Below are positions 49,368 to 58,678 of a stretch of 59,484 nucleotides of DNA, one piece after another. The stretch comes from Alphaproteobacteria bacterium (GTDB taxonomy: Bacteria; Pseudomonadota; Alphaproteobacteria; SP197): positions 1-59,484 of the forward strand of contig JANQGO010000221.1 of NCBI GenBank assembly GCA_028277285.1, read 5' to 3'. The notes beneath the pieces were generated by a model that saw nothing but the letters and a program-made list of their open reading frames with translations, made no database searches and was not told the origin of the DNA. A program made the translations under genes and the position numbers. How positions within the stretch are numbered: position 1 is the first letter of the stretch; each line of letters opens with the position of its first letter.

Positions 49368-51059
49368 ATGCTGGAGATCGTTTCCGTCTCGGTGTTTTAC
49401 GAGATCGCGGCGTTGCTCGTCTTGGCAGCGGCCGTGGGATTGGTCGGCGTGCTGCTGCGCCAGCCGCTGATTGTGAGCTTTATCGCCGTCGGCATCCTGG
49501 CGGGCCCATCGCTGCTCGACATCGTACGTTCGGATGAGAAGATCGACCTTCTGGCGGAGCTCGGTATCGCCGTCCTTCTGTTCCTGGTTGGCCTGAAGCT
49601 CGACGTCAAACTTATCAAGTCGTTGGGCGCCATCGCTCTCACGACCGGGCTCGGGCAGGTCGCTTTTACCTCGATCGTGGGGTTCGCGATCGGGCTCGCC
49701 CTTGGCCTGGATGTCGTTACCAGTCTCTACGTCGCGGTCGCGCTGACGTTTTCCAGTACGATCATCATCGTCAAGCTGCTGTCGGACAAACGCGAGATCG
49801 ATTCCCTTCACGGTCGTGTCGCTCTCGGTTTCCTGATTGTCCAGGACCTGGTCGTGGTGCTCGCCATGCTCGTCATGTCGGCCATCGCCGCTGGCGCGCA
49901 AAGCGGTTCGGCAATCACCGAAGTCGCGCTCGTGTTCGGTTACGGCTTGCTGATGCTGGTTGCCGTCGGCCTCTTCATCAGGTTCATCGCCGAGCCTCTG
50001 GTTGAGCGTCTTGCGCGCGCGCCCGAACTCCTGGTGTGTTTCGCGATCGGCTGGGCCGCGTTGTTGGCGGCCGCCGGCGACTATCTGGGATTCAGCAAGG
50101 AGCTGGGTGGCTTGCTGGCCGGCGTCTCGCTGGCGTCCACGCCGTTCCGGGAAGCCATGGCGGCACGACTGGCGCCGCTGCGCGACTTCCTCCTCCTGTT
50201 CTTCTTCATCGCGCTGGGCGCGAGCCTTGACCTCTCGCTGCTCGACCAGCAGATCCCCGCGGCGATCGTCCTGTCGCTTTTTGTCCTGATCGGCAATCCG
50301 CTGATCGTGTTGGTGATCATGGGCGCCATGGGCTATCGCAAACGCACGGGCTTTTTGGCCGGGCTCACCGTCGCGCAGATCAGCGAGTTTTCGCTGATCT
50401 TTGCAGCGGTCGGCGTGTCGCTCGGTCATATCGGCACGGGCACGCTCGGGCTGGTGACGCTTGTCGGCCTCATTACGATCTCGCTGTCGACCTACATGAT
50501 CACCTATTCACACTATCTTTACGCGTGGCTCGAGCCGGTGTTGGGGCCGTTTGAACGCCGCGGGACCCCGCGCGAGACCGTGGGCGATCTGGAAAACACG
50601 ACTGGACACTATGATGTCCTGCTGTTTGGCCTTGGCCGCTATGGCAGCGCGATCGCGCACCGTCTGTCCGAACACGGCATGACGGTGCTGGGCGTGGATT
50701 TCAATCCGGCAGCCGTCAAACATATGCGCAAGGCGGGTTTCGATGTCGCCTTCGGCGATGCCACCGATCCGGAGTTCGTCGCCAGCCTGCCGCTTGCCGG
50801 CGCTACGTGGGCGGTGTCGGCGGTTCCCGAACACGATACGGGCGTGACCCACGAGGAAGCCCGTCTGGGCCTGATCGATGCGCTCAAGGAAGCGGGCTTT
50901 CAGGGACGGGTCGCCGTGACGGCCCATCGGACTGAAGAAGCCATGCCACTAACCGACCGCGGCGCCGATCTGATCCTTCAGCCGTTCCGCGACGCGGCCG
51001 ATCAGGCGGCGCAACTCATCCAGGGTGACGAGAGCCGGCCGCAGCGAACGGGCGTATAG
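49368..51059 (+). CDS. CPA2 cation:proton antiporter with a TrkA-N domain (KefC-like)
   Basis: LLFLVGL, SSTII, LIVQD, QISEFS, and C-terminal GLGRYG...GDATD. Confidence 0.9.
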   Translation: MLEIVSVSVFYEIAALLVLAAAVGLVGVLLRQPLIVSFIAVGILAGPSLLDIVRSDEKIDLLAELGIAVLLFLVGLKLDVKLIKSLGAIALTTGLGQVAFTSIVGFAIGLALGLDVVTSLYVAVALTFSSTIIIVKLLSDKREIDSLHGRVALGFLIVQDLVVVLAMLVMSAIAAGAQSGSAITEVALVFGYGLLMLVAVGLFIRFIAEPLVERLARAPELLVCFAIGWAALLAAAGDYLGFSKELGGLLAGVSLASTPFREAMAARLAPLRDFLLLFFFIALGASLDLSLLDQQIPAAIVLSLFVLIGNPLIVLVIMGAMGYRKRTGFLAGLTVAQISEFSLIFAAVGVSLGHIGTGTLGLVTLVGLITISLSTYMITYSHYLYAWLEPVLGPFERRGTPRETVGDLENTTGHYDVLLFGLGRYGSAIAHRLSEHGMTVLGVDFNPAAVKHMRKAGFDVAFGDATDPEFVASLPLAGATWAVSAVPEHDTGVTHEEARLGLIDALKEAGFQGRVAVTAHRTEEAMPLTDRGADLILQPFRDAADQAAQLIQGDESRPQRTGV

Positions 51060-51134
51060 ACACGGAAGACTAGAGGACCCAGTTCGTCCCAGCGAACGGT
51101 GCAGGCGACGTCGCGTTACAGTCTTTCTCTCGCA

Positions 51135-51150
51135 TGGCGTGTTGGTTGCG
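51135..51150 (+). promoter_or_regulatory. Putative sigma54 (-24/-12) promoter
   Basis: TGGCGT-N5-TTGCG (GG-N10-GC), 127 bp upstream of the glxB-like start. Confidence 0.5.
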
Positions 51151-51276
51151 ACGTCTGGCACCCGGTCGATGACCGTTGCGTGGCTGCCAAAAAAACAGTA
51201 GCTGTGAAGGAACGCGGTGCGCTCTGCCCAGGCGTGGGCCGGACGCGCGCCCAGGTGACACGAGGGATGGACCACC

Positions 51277-52191
51277 ATGTGTGGAATTGCGGGAATACTA
51301 CTCAAGCGAGACGAGTTGGGTTTGTCGACCGGCCAGGCGCTGATCGACATGCTGGACGGTTGCCAGCATCGCGGCCCCGACTCCACCGGCTTCGCGCTTT
51401 ATGGCGCCGAACAGGCAGACGAGCTCAAGCTGCGTTTCTTTGTCGGCGAGGGCGCGGAAGCCGATAAGGCCGTAGAAGCGATCAAGGGTGCGCTCGACAC
51501 ACACCAGACGCGCATCGTCGAAGATGAGCGCATCGGCAACAACTACCGCGCCGTCGTCGCGTTCCACGGCGATTTGCAGAAGTTCGCCTATGCCATGGAG
51601 CACGCCGCGCCCGGCGCCAAGCTGATCTCCATCGGCGAGAGCCTGGAGATCGTCAAGGATGTCGGCGGCGCCCACGACGTGGATGACGGTTATGACGTGC
51701 ACGAGGCGCACGGCACCCATGGCCTCGGCCATGTCCGTCTGGCGACCGAATCCGACGTCAAACCGGAGGCCTCGCATCCCTTCTGGGCGACCGGCTTTGC
51801 CGATGTGGCGATCGTCCATAACGGTCAGATCACCAACTATTGGAAGATGCGCCGCCGGTTGGAGCGCCGCGGTTTCGAGTTCACCACCGACAACGACAGC
51901 GAGCTGATCGCCGTCTACCTGGCGGAGAAGCTCTCCCTTGGCGTACCGCTGAAGGAAGCGCTCCAGACCTCGATCGACGATCTGGACGGCACGTTCTCTT
52001 TCCTGGTCTCGACCAAGGACGAAATCGGTTACGCCAAGGACCGCTTGGCCGCCAAACCGATGATCATGTACGAGAACGACGACCTGATCGCCATCGCGTC
52101 CGAAGAGGTTTCCCTGAACCGCCTGTTCCCGGGACAGGCACTGGATACCCGGGAGCCGCCGCCGGGGAGCTTCGCGACGTGGTCACGCTAG
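51277..52191 (+). CDS. Class II (Ntn) glutamine amidotransferase, GlxB/MgsA-like
   Basis: MCGIAG, HRGPDS.G, GHVRLATES, SHPF, HNGQITNY and NDSE. Confidence 0.88.
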   Translation: MCGIAGILLKRDELGLSTGQALIDMLDGCQHRGPDSTGFALYGAEQADELKLRFFVGEGAEADKAVEAIKGALDTHQTRIVEDERIGNNYRAVVAFHGDLQKFAYAMEHAAPGAKLISIGESLEIVKDVGGAHDVDDGYDVHEAHGTHGLGHVRLATESDVKPEASHPFWATGFADVAIVHNGQITNYWKMRRRLERRGFEFTTDNDSELIAVYLAEKLSLGVPLKEALQTSIDDLDGTFSFLVSTKDEIGYAKDRLAAKPMIMYENDDLIAIASEEVSLNRLFPGQALDTREPPPGSFATWSR

Positions 52192-54137
52192 ACCTGGCCG
52201 AGATCCCGGTCCGCGAGGCCAACGAGCGCATTCGCGAAGCCGGCGCACAAGGTCATGATGTCGAGGTCCTGAACCCCGATGCGCGCCATCACATCGGCGT
52301 TGGCCTGATCCATCCCATCACGCTGCGCGTGCGCGGCTCGGCCGGTTACTTCTGTGCCGGGCTGAGCGACGGGCCGCGTGTCGAGGTCGAGAACAATGTC
52401 GGCTGGGGTCTGGCCGACAACATGTACACCGGCTCCGTCGTGGTCGGCGGCAACGCCGGCGCCATCGCCGGTGTCGCGATCCGCGGCGCCGAGGTCGTCG
52501 TCAAGGGCAACATGGGCTCGCGCGCCGGCCAGGTGATGAAGGCGGGAACGCTGGCCTGCGTCGGCAACGCCAATTTCATGGCCGGCTACATGATGTATGG
52601 CGGGCGCATCATCATCCTGGGCAATTCCGGCGAGCAGCTGGGCGAAGACATGTCCGGCGGCGAGATCTTCCTGGGCGGCAAGCTGGATTCGCTGGGGTCC
52701 GATGCCATGCTGACCGATATCGCCCAGAACGAGATGGACGAGGTCATGGCGTTCCTCGACCGCTATGAGATCCCGTTCAAGGGAAGCCTGCAAAAGGTCG
52801 TCAACGCCGGCAAGAAACTGCGCTACGGCACCACCGAGCCGACCGTGCGCACGCTGCCCTTCTTCACCTTCTCCGACAACTGCGACTACTGGAACCGCAA
52901 GGTCCAGGAGGACGTCTATGTGAAGTCGCAGATCGGCCGTTATCGCGTTCGCGGTTATGGCGGTGCGCGCCCGGTGCCGCATCTGACCGACTTGGCGTTC
53001 CGCAAGGATCTGGACACGATCGGCCACGAGCCTGACCCCGTCTCCAAGGTCGAGATGCACACGCTGATCGGCGGCAAGAACGGCGCCAAGGCGCTCGACC
53101 TCTCCATGCCGGTGATGATCGCGCCGATGAGCTATGGTGCGCTCAGCCGCTCGGCCAAGCAGGCGATTGCTATTGCCTCCGGCCTCTCAGGTATCGCCGA
53201 GAACACCGGCGAGGGCGGCATGAGCGACGCCCAGCGCGATGCCGCCAAGCAGCTGATCTTCCAGTGCCTGGGCGGCCGCCTGGGCTGGAACATCCACGAC
53301 ATGAACCGGGCCGACGGCCTGGAGATCTATATCTCCCAGGGCGCCAAACCCGGCTTCGGCGGCCAGCTCATGGCCAAGAAGGTGACGCCCGAGCTTGCCG
53401 CCATCCGCGGCATCCCGGCGGGTATCGATTTGCGATCGCCGTCGCGCCACCCGGATATCCTGGGCGCCGACGATCTGGTCATCAAGGTCGAGGAACTGCG
53501 CGAGGCCACGGGTTACCGTCTGCCGGTCAGCGTGAAGTTGGGCGCCGGACGCATTCACGACGACATCAAGATCGCGGTGAAGGACGGCTTCGACTTTGTC
53601 GAGCTGGACGGCATGCAGGGTTCGACCGGCGCCGGCGGCGCGGAGGTCATGGAGCATGTCGGCATTCCGACGCTCGCGGCAATCGTCGAGGCGTTGAACG
53701 CGCTCGACCAGATCGGCTGCCGCGACAAGATCGAGATTGTGCTGATGGGCGGCGTGCGCGACGGCATCGATGCGGTCAAGGCGCTTTGCCTGGGCGCCGA
53801 TGCGGTGGCGCTGGGCACCGCCGCAATCATCGCCGGCGGCTGCATCGCGTGCATGCAGTGCCATGTCGGCCAGTGCGTGACCGGCATCGCGACGCAGGAT
53901 CCCGAACACGAACAGCGCTACAAACCGCAGGTCGAAGCGCAGAACATCCACCGGTATCTGGAGGTCGTGCGCTGGCAGATCGCGGCGCTGACCCATGCGC
54001 TGGGCCATGACGCCGTGACATCGCTGTCGCGCGACGATCTGGTCGCGCTCACGCCGGAGGCGGCGGAAATCACCGGCCTGCCTTACGAGCCCGGCTACCG
54101 CGACCGCGATGCCGAGCTGCTGGACAAGGTGAGCTGA
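52179..54137 (+). CDS. Fusion of a GXGXG (GlxC/MgsB-like) domain and an FMN-binding glutamate synthase (GlxD/MgsC-like) domain
   Basis: GTG start after GGGGAG. Beta-helix repeats GSAGYF/GNAG/GNMGSRAG, then MSYGALS, NTGEGG, SQGAKPG.GG and the Fe-S motif CIACMQCHVGQC. Confidence 0.85.
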   Translation: MVTLDLAEIPVREANERIREAGAQGHDVEVLNPDARHHIGVGLIHPITLRVRGSAGYFCAGLSDGPRVEVENNVGWGLADNMYTGSVVVGGNAGAIAGVAIRGAEVVVKGNMGSRAGQVMKAGTLACVGNANFMAGYMMYGGRIIILGNSGEQLGEDMSGGEIFLGGKLDSLGSDAMLTDIAQNEMDEVMAFLDRYEIPFKGSLQKVVNAGKKLRYGTTEPTVRTLPFFTFSDNCDYWNRKVQEDVYVKSQIGRYRVRGYGGARPVPHLTDLAFRKDLDTIGHEPDPVSKVEMHTLIGGKNGAKALDLSMPVMIAPMSYGALSRSAKQAIAIASGLSGIAENTGEGGMSDAQRDAAKQLIFQCLGGRLGWNIHDMNRADGLEIYISQGAKPGFGGQLMAKKVTPELAAIRGIPAGIDLRSPSRHPDILGADDLVIKVEELREATGYRLPVSVKLGAGRIHDDIKIAVKDGFDFVELDGMQGSTGAGGAEVMEHVGIPTLAAIVEALNALDQIGCRDKIEIVLMGGVRDGIDAVKALCLGADAVALGTAAIIAGGCIACMQCHVGQCVTGIATQDPEHEQRYKPQVEAQNIHRYLEVVRWQIAALTHALGHDAVTSLSRDDLVALTPEAAEITGLPYEPGYRDRDAELLDKVS

Positions 54138-54139
54138 CC

Positions 54140-56665
54140 ATGACGTTGGAGCGCGGACCCGACGGCACGACCGAACTGCTGCTGCCGGAGGAACTGGAAG
54201 ACGACCGCGGCGACCTGCATTTCGTGCCGGCACCGTGTCAGATCGCCTGCCCGGTGGGCACCGATGCGCCGTCCTATATCGCCTATATCTGGGAAGGGAA
54301 GTTCGCCGAAGCCTTCGAGGCGATCACGGCGACCAACCCGTTCAGCTCGATCTGTGGGCGTGTGTGCGATGCGCCTTGCGAGCCGGCCTGCCGGCGCACG
54401 GCCAGCGACGGCCCGCTGCAGATCCGCAATCTCAAGCGGTTCGTCATGGACAAGGTCGGGCATACCTATGACCCGCCCGGCGTGCCGGTGTCGCGCAAGG
54501 AGACCGTCGGCATCGTCGGCGCCGGACCGGCGGGCATGGTCGCCGCGCACGACCTGTCGGTCGCAGGCTATGAGGTCCATGTCTACGAGATGACCGACAA
54601 GATCGGCGGCATGATGGTGTGGGGCATCCCCGCCTTCCGCCTGCCGCCTGGTATCATTGACGAAGACATCACGCGCCTGACCAAACGCTGCCCCGGCCTG
54701 CAGGTGCATTTGAACACCGCGCTCGGCAAGGACATCACCCTGGACGAACTGAAGGAGCGCCACGACGCGGTGCTGCTGACCATCGGCGCGTGGTGGGGCA
54801 AGCAGATGGGCGTGCCCGGCCAGGACGACCCGCGGGTCATCGACGGTGTCGAGTTCCTGCGCCGGGTGAACAACGGCGAGCGCCCGGAGATGCCCGAAAC
54901 TGTCGCGGTGATCGGCGGCGGCGATGTCGCCATGGACGCCTGCCGCGCGGCCTTGCGTCTGCCCGGCTGCAAAACGGTCAAGGTCGTCTACCGGCGCGGG
55001 CCCGACGAGATCCCGGCGCGCAAGATCGAGCTTGAAGGCGCGGTCAAGGAAGGCATCGAGTTCATCTACAACACCCGCCAGACGGCGGTGACGGCAAGTG
55101 GTAATGGTCTGGCGCTCCAATGCGTGCGCACCGAGGCCGGTCCGCCCGATGAGGATGGGCGCCGCCGGCCGGTTGACGTCGCCGGGAGCGAGCATGCGAT
55201 CGACTGCGGCATGGTCATCGCCTCCGTCGGCCAGTTCGCGGCCAGCGATGAGCTGGACGGGCGCGGCATGATGGCCGACGACCGGGTCAGGGCCGAGTTC
55301 GATGGCATGCGCACGGAGGATCCGAAGGTCTTTGCAGCCGGCGACGGCGCCTTTGGCGGCTCGACCATCGTCATGGCCATGCATCACGGCCAGCGCGCGG
55401 CCTACTACGTGCGTGCCTTCCTGGAAGGCCGCGACGATCCCATGCCGTACCGCACGCCGCACCGCACGCGCCGCGTCGAGATTGCACAGGACAACAAGTG
55501 GGAGCTCCTGGGTTTGCACGAGCCGGAGTTCTTCGGCGTCGGCGAGAAGCCGATCGAGTTTCCCGAAATCGAGTCGACCTATGACTGGAAGACCGCGCGC
55601 GACGAAGCCGCGCGCTGTTACCGCTGCGACGCGGAGACCGGATCGGCCGACTACTCGGTGCACAATCGCGAAGACATCTTCGCCATGGCGCGCACCAACC
55701 CGAAAGACCAGACACGGTTGAAGGCGACGATCGAGAAGCGTCTGACGCCGCGCAACAATCCGTTTCCCGAAGGTCGTCCGGGCATGCTGGACGACCTCGT
55801 CTTCCTGCCGGCCAACCTGTCGCGCCTGGTCATCGACCCCTACCGCGAGGCATGCCGGATCGATACCGACATTGGCGACATGAAACTGATGCAGCCGTTC
55901 TTCGTCACCGGCTTCGATGACGCGCCCGACGACGTACGCCGCGGTGTCGCCCAGGGCCTGATCGCGGCCGAGGCCGGCTATCTGGGCATCAAGCCGATCG
56001 GTGAGGGTGTGCGCTGGCTGCAGCTTGTCATGCCCGATCAGATCACGCCGAGCGCCGACGCCGATGCGCTGGTCTTCTCCATGGGCCATGCTTTCCAGGC
56101 GCCGAAAGCCAAGCGGGAGCGTGACGACCAGGCCCTGGGCTTGGCGGTTTCCTCGCCGTCGGTCTTGGAGGAAGTCATCCCCTATGCCCTCGAGCATGGC
56201 TTCGACATGCTGCTGTTGGACGGCAGCGGCCGACTGGGCTCGCCCTGGGCCGAGCTCGCCGGCGCGCCGGACCTGACCATTCTGCGCGACGCGATCCGCA
56301 TCCTGCGCCGCCTGAATCAAGAAGAGGAAATCGATCTCGTCTATTTCGGCGGTGTTCGGTCCGGCACGGATGCGGCCAAGGTCATTGCGCTGGGATGCAA
56401 GGCCACGGTGCTGGGCGTGCCGGCGGCGCTCGCCGTCGGTGGCGAGATGACCGAGAGCCAGGATCTGCGCTTTACCGCCGACCGCAGCGCCGAGGAACGT
56501 GCCGATGCCCTGGCCAATATCGTCAAGGCGAGCTGCGGCGAGGCCTCGATGATGGCGCGCTGTACCGGCAAGACCAACCTGCACAACCTTGAGCCCGAAG
56601 ACATGCGCGCGCTCACTGTCGCCACGCGTGACGCCACCGACATCTTGCTGGCGGGCAAACACTAA
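54140..56665 (+). CDS. GltD-like Fe-S flavoprotein fused to a degenerate GlxD/MgsC-like domain
   Basis: PCQIACP, CGRVC..PCE..C, GAGPAG, GIPAFRLP, GGGDVAMD, YRR and EAARCYRC. The C-terminal part has LDDLVFLPANLSRLVIDPYRE.C and GK.NLHNLEPED. Confidence 0.82.
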   Translation: MTLERGPDGTTELLLPEELEDDRGDLHFVPAPCQIACPVGTDAPSYIAYIWEGKFAEAFEAITATNPFSSICGRVCDAPCEPACRRTASDGPLQIRNLKRFVMDKVGHTYDPPGVPVSRKETVGIVGAGPAGMVAAHDLSVAGYEVHVYEMTDKIGGMMVWGIPAFRLPPGIIDEDITRLTKRCPGLQVHLNTALGKDITLDELKERHDAVLLTIGAWWGKQMGVPGQDDPRVIDGVEFLRRVNNGERPEMPETVAVIGGGDVAMDACRAALRLPGCKTVKVVYRRGPDEIPARKIELEGAVKEGIEFIYNTRQTAVTASGNGLALQCVRTEAGPPDEDGRRRPVDVAGSEHAIDCGMVIASVGQFAASDELDGRGMMADDRVRAEFDGMRTEDPKVFAAGDGAFGGSTIVMAMHHGQRAAYYVRAFLEGRDDPMPYRTPHRTRRVEIAQDNKWELLGLHEPEFFGVGEKPIEFPEIESTYDWKTARDEAARCYRCDAETGSADYSVHNREDIFAMARTNPKDQTRLKATIEKRLTPRNNPFPEGRPGMLDDLVFLPANLSRLVIDPYREACRIDTDIGDMKLMQPFFVTGFDDAPDDVRRGVAQGLIAAEAGYLGIKPIGEGVRWLQLVMPDQITPSADADALVFSMGHAFQAPKAKRERDDQALGLAVSSPSVLEEVIPYALEHGFDMLLLDGSGRLGSPWAELAGAPDLTILRDAIRILRRLNQEEEIDLVYFGGVRSGTDAAKVIALGCKATVLGVPAALAVGGEMTESQDLRFTADRSAEERADALANIVKASCGEASMMARCTGKTNLHNLEPEDMRALTVATRDATDILLAGKH

Positions 56666-56717
56666 AGCAGGCGACGCTGCTCTACTCCCGGATCGAGAGC
56701 GGATCCGGTTCGGCGCG

Positions 56718-57698
56718 TCAATCCTCGTCGGCGTCGTCGACGGGCGCATGGTCGAATCGGGCGAGCCACGCGTCGAGGCCGGCCGGCAAGGGGCGGCGAT
56801 GCTGCAGCTGGCGCAACGCGATGCGCGTTGCCGCGCGCGTCGACCGTGAAGGCGCGGGTTCGTAGCACTGAGGGCTGGCGTTGCCGGAGACGGCGGCCAT
56901 CAACCGAGCCTTTTCGGCGACAACATCGGGGTCGCCCCAAGCATCCAGCAGTTCGTTGAAGTCCTCCGCCGCCGCGCCGTCCCACGGCTTTGGCTCACCC
57001 AGTGGCGTAGCGATCGGACTCGGTGGGTACATGGCGACACAGGGCATCCACCCTTCGGGTACCGGGACATTGGCCGAATGGGTGCGCCCGCTGGCGAGCA
57101 GGCGCGGCAGAACGTGGGTGTGCGGGCCTTCAGGCGTCACGTCGCGGCCGATCGGCTGATAGACCTCGGCACGGCCAAGCCGGCCGATGGCAACGCGGTG
57201 GGGATTGGCGTCGAGGATCGCGGCCATCGCGGGCGAACTCTGGTCCAGAACGGACCGGCCGGTTTCGTCGCGCAGCACCTGGATAAGGGACGGATCGTCG
57301 GTGCGCACGCAGAAATCGACATTGTCGGCGGCAAGGCCCATGTCGAATAGCAGGCCGTCGCGATCGCTGGGGCGGATGGCGCCACGGTCCGGGCCGAGTT
57401 CGGTGATGACGGCGCGCTTGTGGCAGCGTGCTTTCTCCGCCGGCAGACAGACAACGACACCGTGACTCCACCGGCCGGGGCGACCGGACAGTGTTTCATA
57501 GGCGAGCGCGCGCGCCGGCCGGTCGGGTTCCACGCGGATCGCGCCGCGATCGGTCACGGCGGTCAGCCCGTCGATCTCGGCCGGTTCGTCGGGTCGGCGA
57601 TGAAACTCGGCGATGGCGCCAAAGGACCCGACACTGAAGCCTGTCATCGGGTCTTGCAAACGACACTGCAAAACATCGAACACGTCCAACTGCGTCAT
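56718..57698 (-). CDS. Conserved-looking hypothetical protein (resembles DUF6925 from memory)
   Basis: G.FGAIAEF, ELGPD..A, LFDMGL, VDFCVRT and TPEGPHTHVLP; ATGA-coupled to tonB. Confidence 0.6.
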   Translation of the reverse strand: MTQLDVFDVLQCRLQDPMTGFSVGSFGAIAEFHRRPDEPAEIDGLTAVTDRGAIRVEPDRPARALAYETLSGRPGRWSHGVVVCLPAEKARCHKRAVITELGPDRGAIRPSDRDGLLFDMGLAADNVDFCVRTDDPSLIQVLRDETGRSVLDQSSPAMAAILDANPHRVAIGRLGRAEVYQPIGRDVTPEGPHTHVLPRLLASGRTHSANVPVPEGWMPCVAMYPPSPIATPLGEPKPWDGAAAEDFNELLDAWGDPDVVAEKARLMAAVSGNASPQCYEPAPSRSTRAATRIALRQLQHRRPLPAGLDAWLARFDHAPVDDADED

Positions 57699-58678
57699 CG
57701 ATAGGTCTCCTGGTCGTCGAGATCGAAGTGAATCGGCACCATCACGGATCCGGTCACCGGGTGGCCATCGATATGCGCCGGATGAAAGCGCCACTCGACG
57801 ACCGCATCGCGCGCGGCTTCGTCCAGCAGACGGTGGCCACTCGAAAAGCTGATCTCGATGGCTTGTACCTCTCCGTAAGCGCTGACCGCAACGAGAAGGA
57901 CAACGCGCCCCTCCTGACCCAGGCGTCGCGCCTGGTAGGGATAGTCGGGCGCTTTGTTGCCGAGCGCGCCGTCGGAGAAGTCGGGTGCTGTGGCGATGCC
58001 TGATCCGCCCGGACCCTCGTCAATGTTTCCCGTGACCGCCGCCGACGGTGCGGCGTCGTGCACGGCGGCCGTTGTCGTCTGGCCGGCATCGCTACCGGCG
58101 GCGGGCGCTGAGATCCGTGTAGGCGCCGTGACGACGTCGTCAAACGCGCTTTCTACCGCAATTGGCTTGGACACCGGAAGGGGCGGGGCCGGCGCCGCGT
58201 CGCTGATAGCGACGGTCTCGGCCTGCGAGACGGGGTCCGGCAGGAAGGCCGTCACTGGCAACGAAGCCACATCCGTCAGGACCAGCGCGTCTTCGGGTAT
58301 GGGATCGCGCGTCGTGACCGGGCTTTCGCGTATCACCGGCTCTGCGGTATCGGCTGGCGGCGCGTCGACGGCCGTTCGCGGAAGATCGTTGGCTGGCGAC
58401 CCGACGGTCGGCAGCCCGGCAAGACGATTGTTCGGGGTCAACGATGGCGTCTCTTCGTTCGCCTGCGTATCCGGACCGCCGGTCGCCGGTAACGCGCCGT
58501 CGGCCACAATGTCGACGGTGATCGGAAACTCCGGCACGGGCGGCACGCGGAGGTCGGCCAGCACGACGGCGAGCGCGGCCAGGTGCAGGGCCGCCGCCAG
58601 CGCCATGCCGGTGCCGGGCCACGGCGCGCGCAGACGCGCGGGCCGCATCGGCGCGAAGGTCATGTCAAGCGTGGTCAT
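57695..58678 (-). CDS. tonB: Energy transducer TonB
   Basis: TM helix with ALHLA, a Pro-rich linker, and PDYPYQARRLGQEG.V...SSG..LLD..A...V..WRF.PA. Confidence 0.87.
   Translation of the reverse strand: MTTLDMTFAPMRPARLRAPWPGTGMALAAALHLAALAVVLADLRVPPVPEFPITVDIVADGALPATGGPDTQANEETPSLTPNNRLAGLPTVGSPANDLPRTAVDAPPADTAEPVIRESPVTTRDPIPEDALVLTDVASLPVTAFLPDPVSQAETVAISDAAPAPPLPVSKPIAVESAFDDVVTAPTRISAPAAGSDAGQTTTAAVHDAAPSAAVTGNIDEGPGGSGIATAPDFSDGALGNKAPDYPYQARRLGQEGRVVLLVAVSAYGEVQAIEISFSSGHRLLDEAARDAVVEWRFHPAHIDGHPVTGSVMVPIHFDLDDQETYR

Noticed and set aside
51085-51105. NtrC binding site upstream of the sigma54-like promoter
   Set aside because: Only a GGTGCA half-site is present, and it is too close to the promoter.
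54095-56749. Long antisense ORFs (884 aa here; also 9377-10906, 25219-26805, 45529-46890 and others)
   Set aside because: They are shadows of well-supported genes in high-GC DNA and carry no recognisable motifs.
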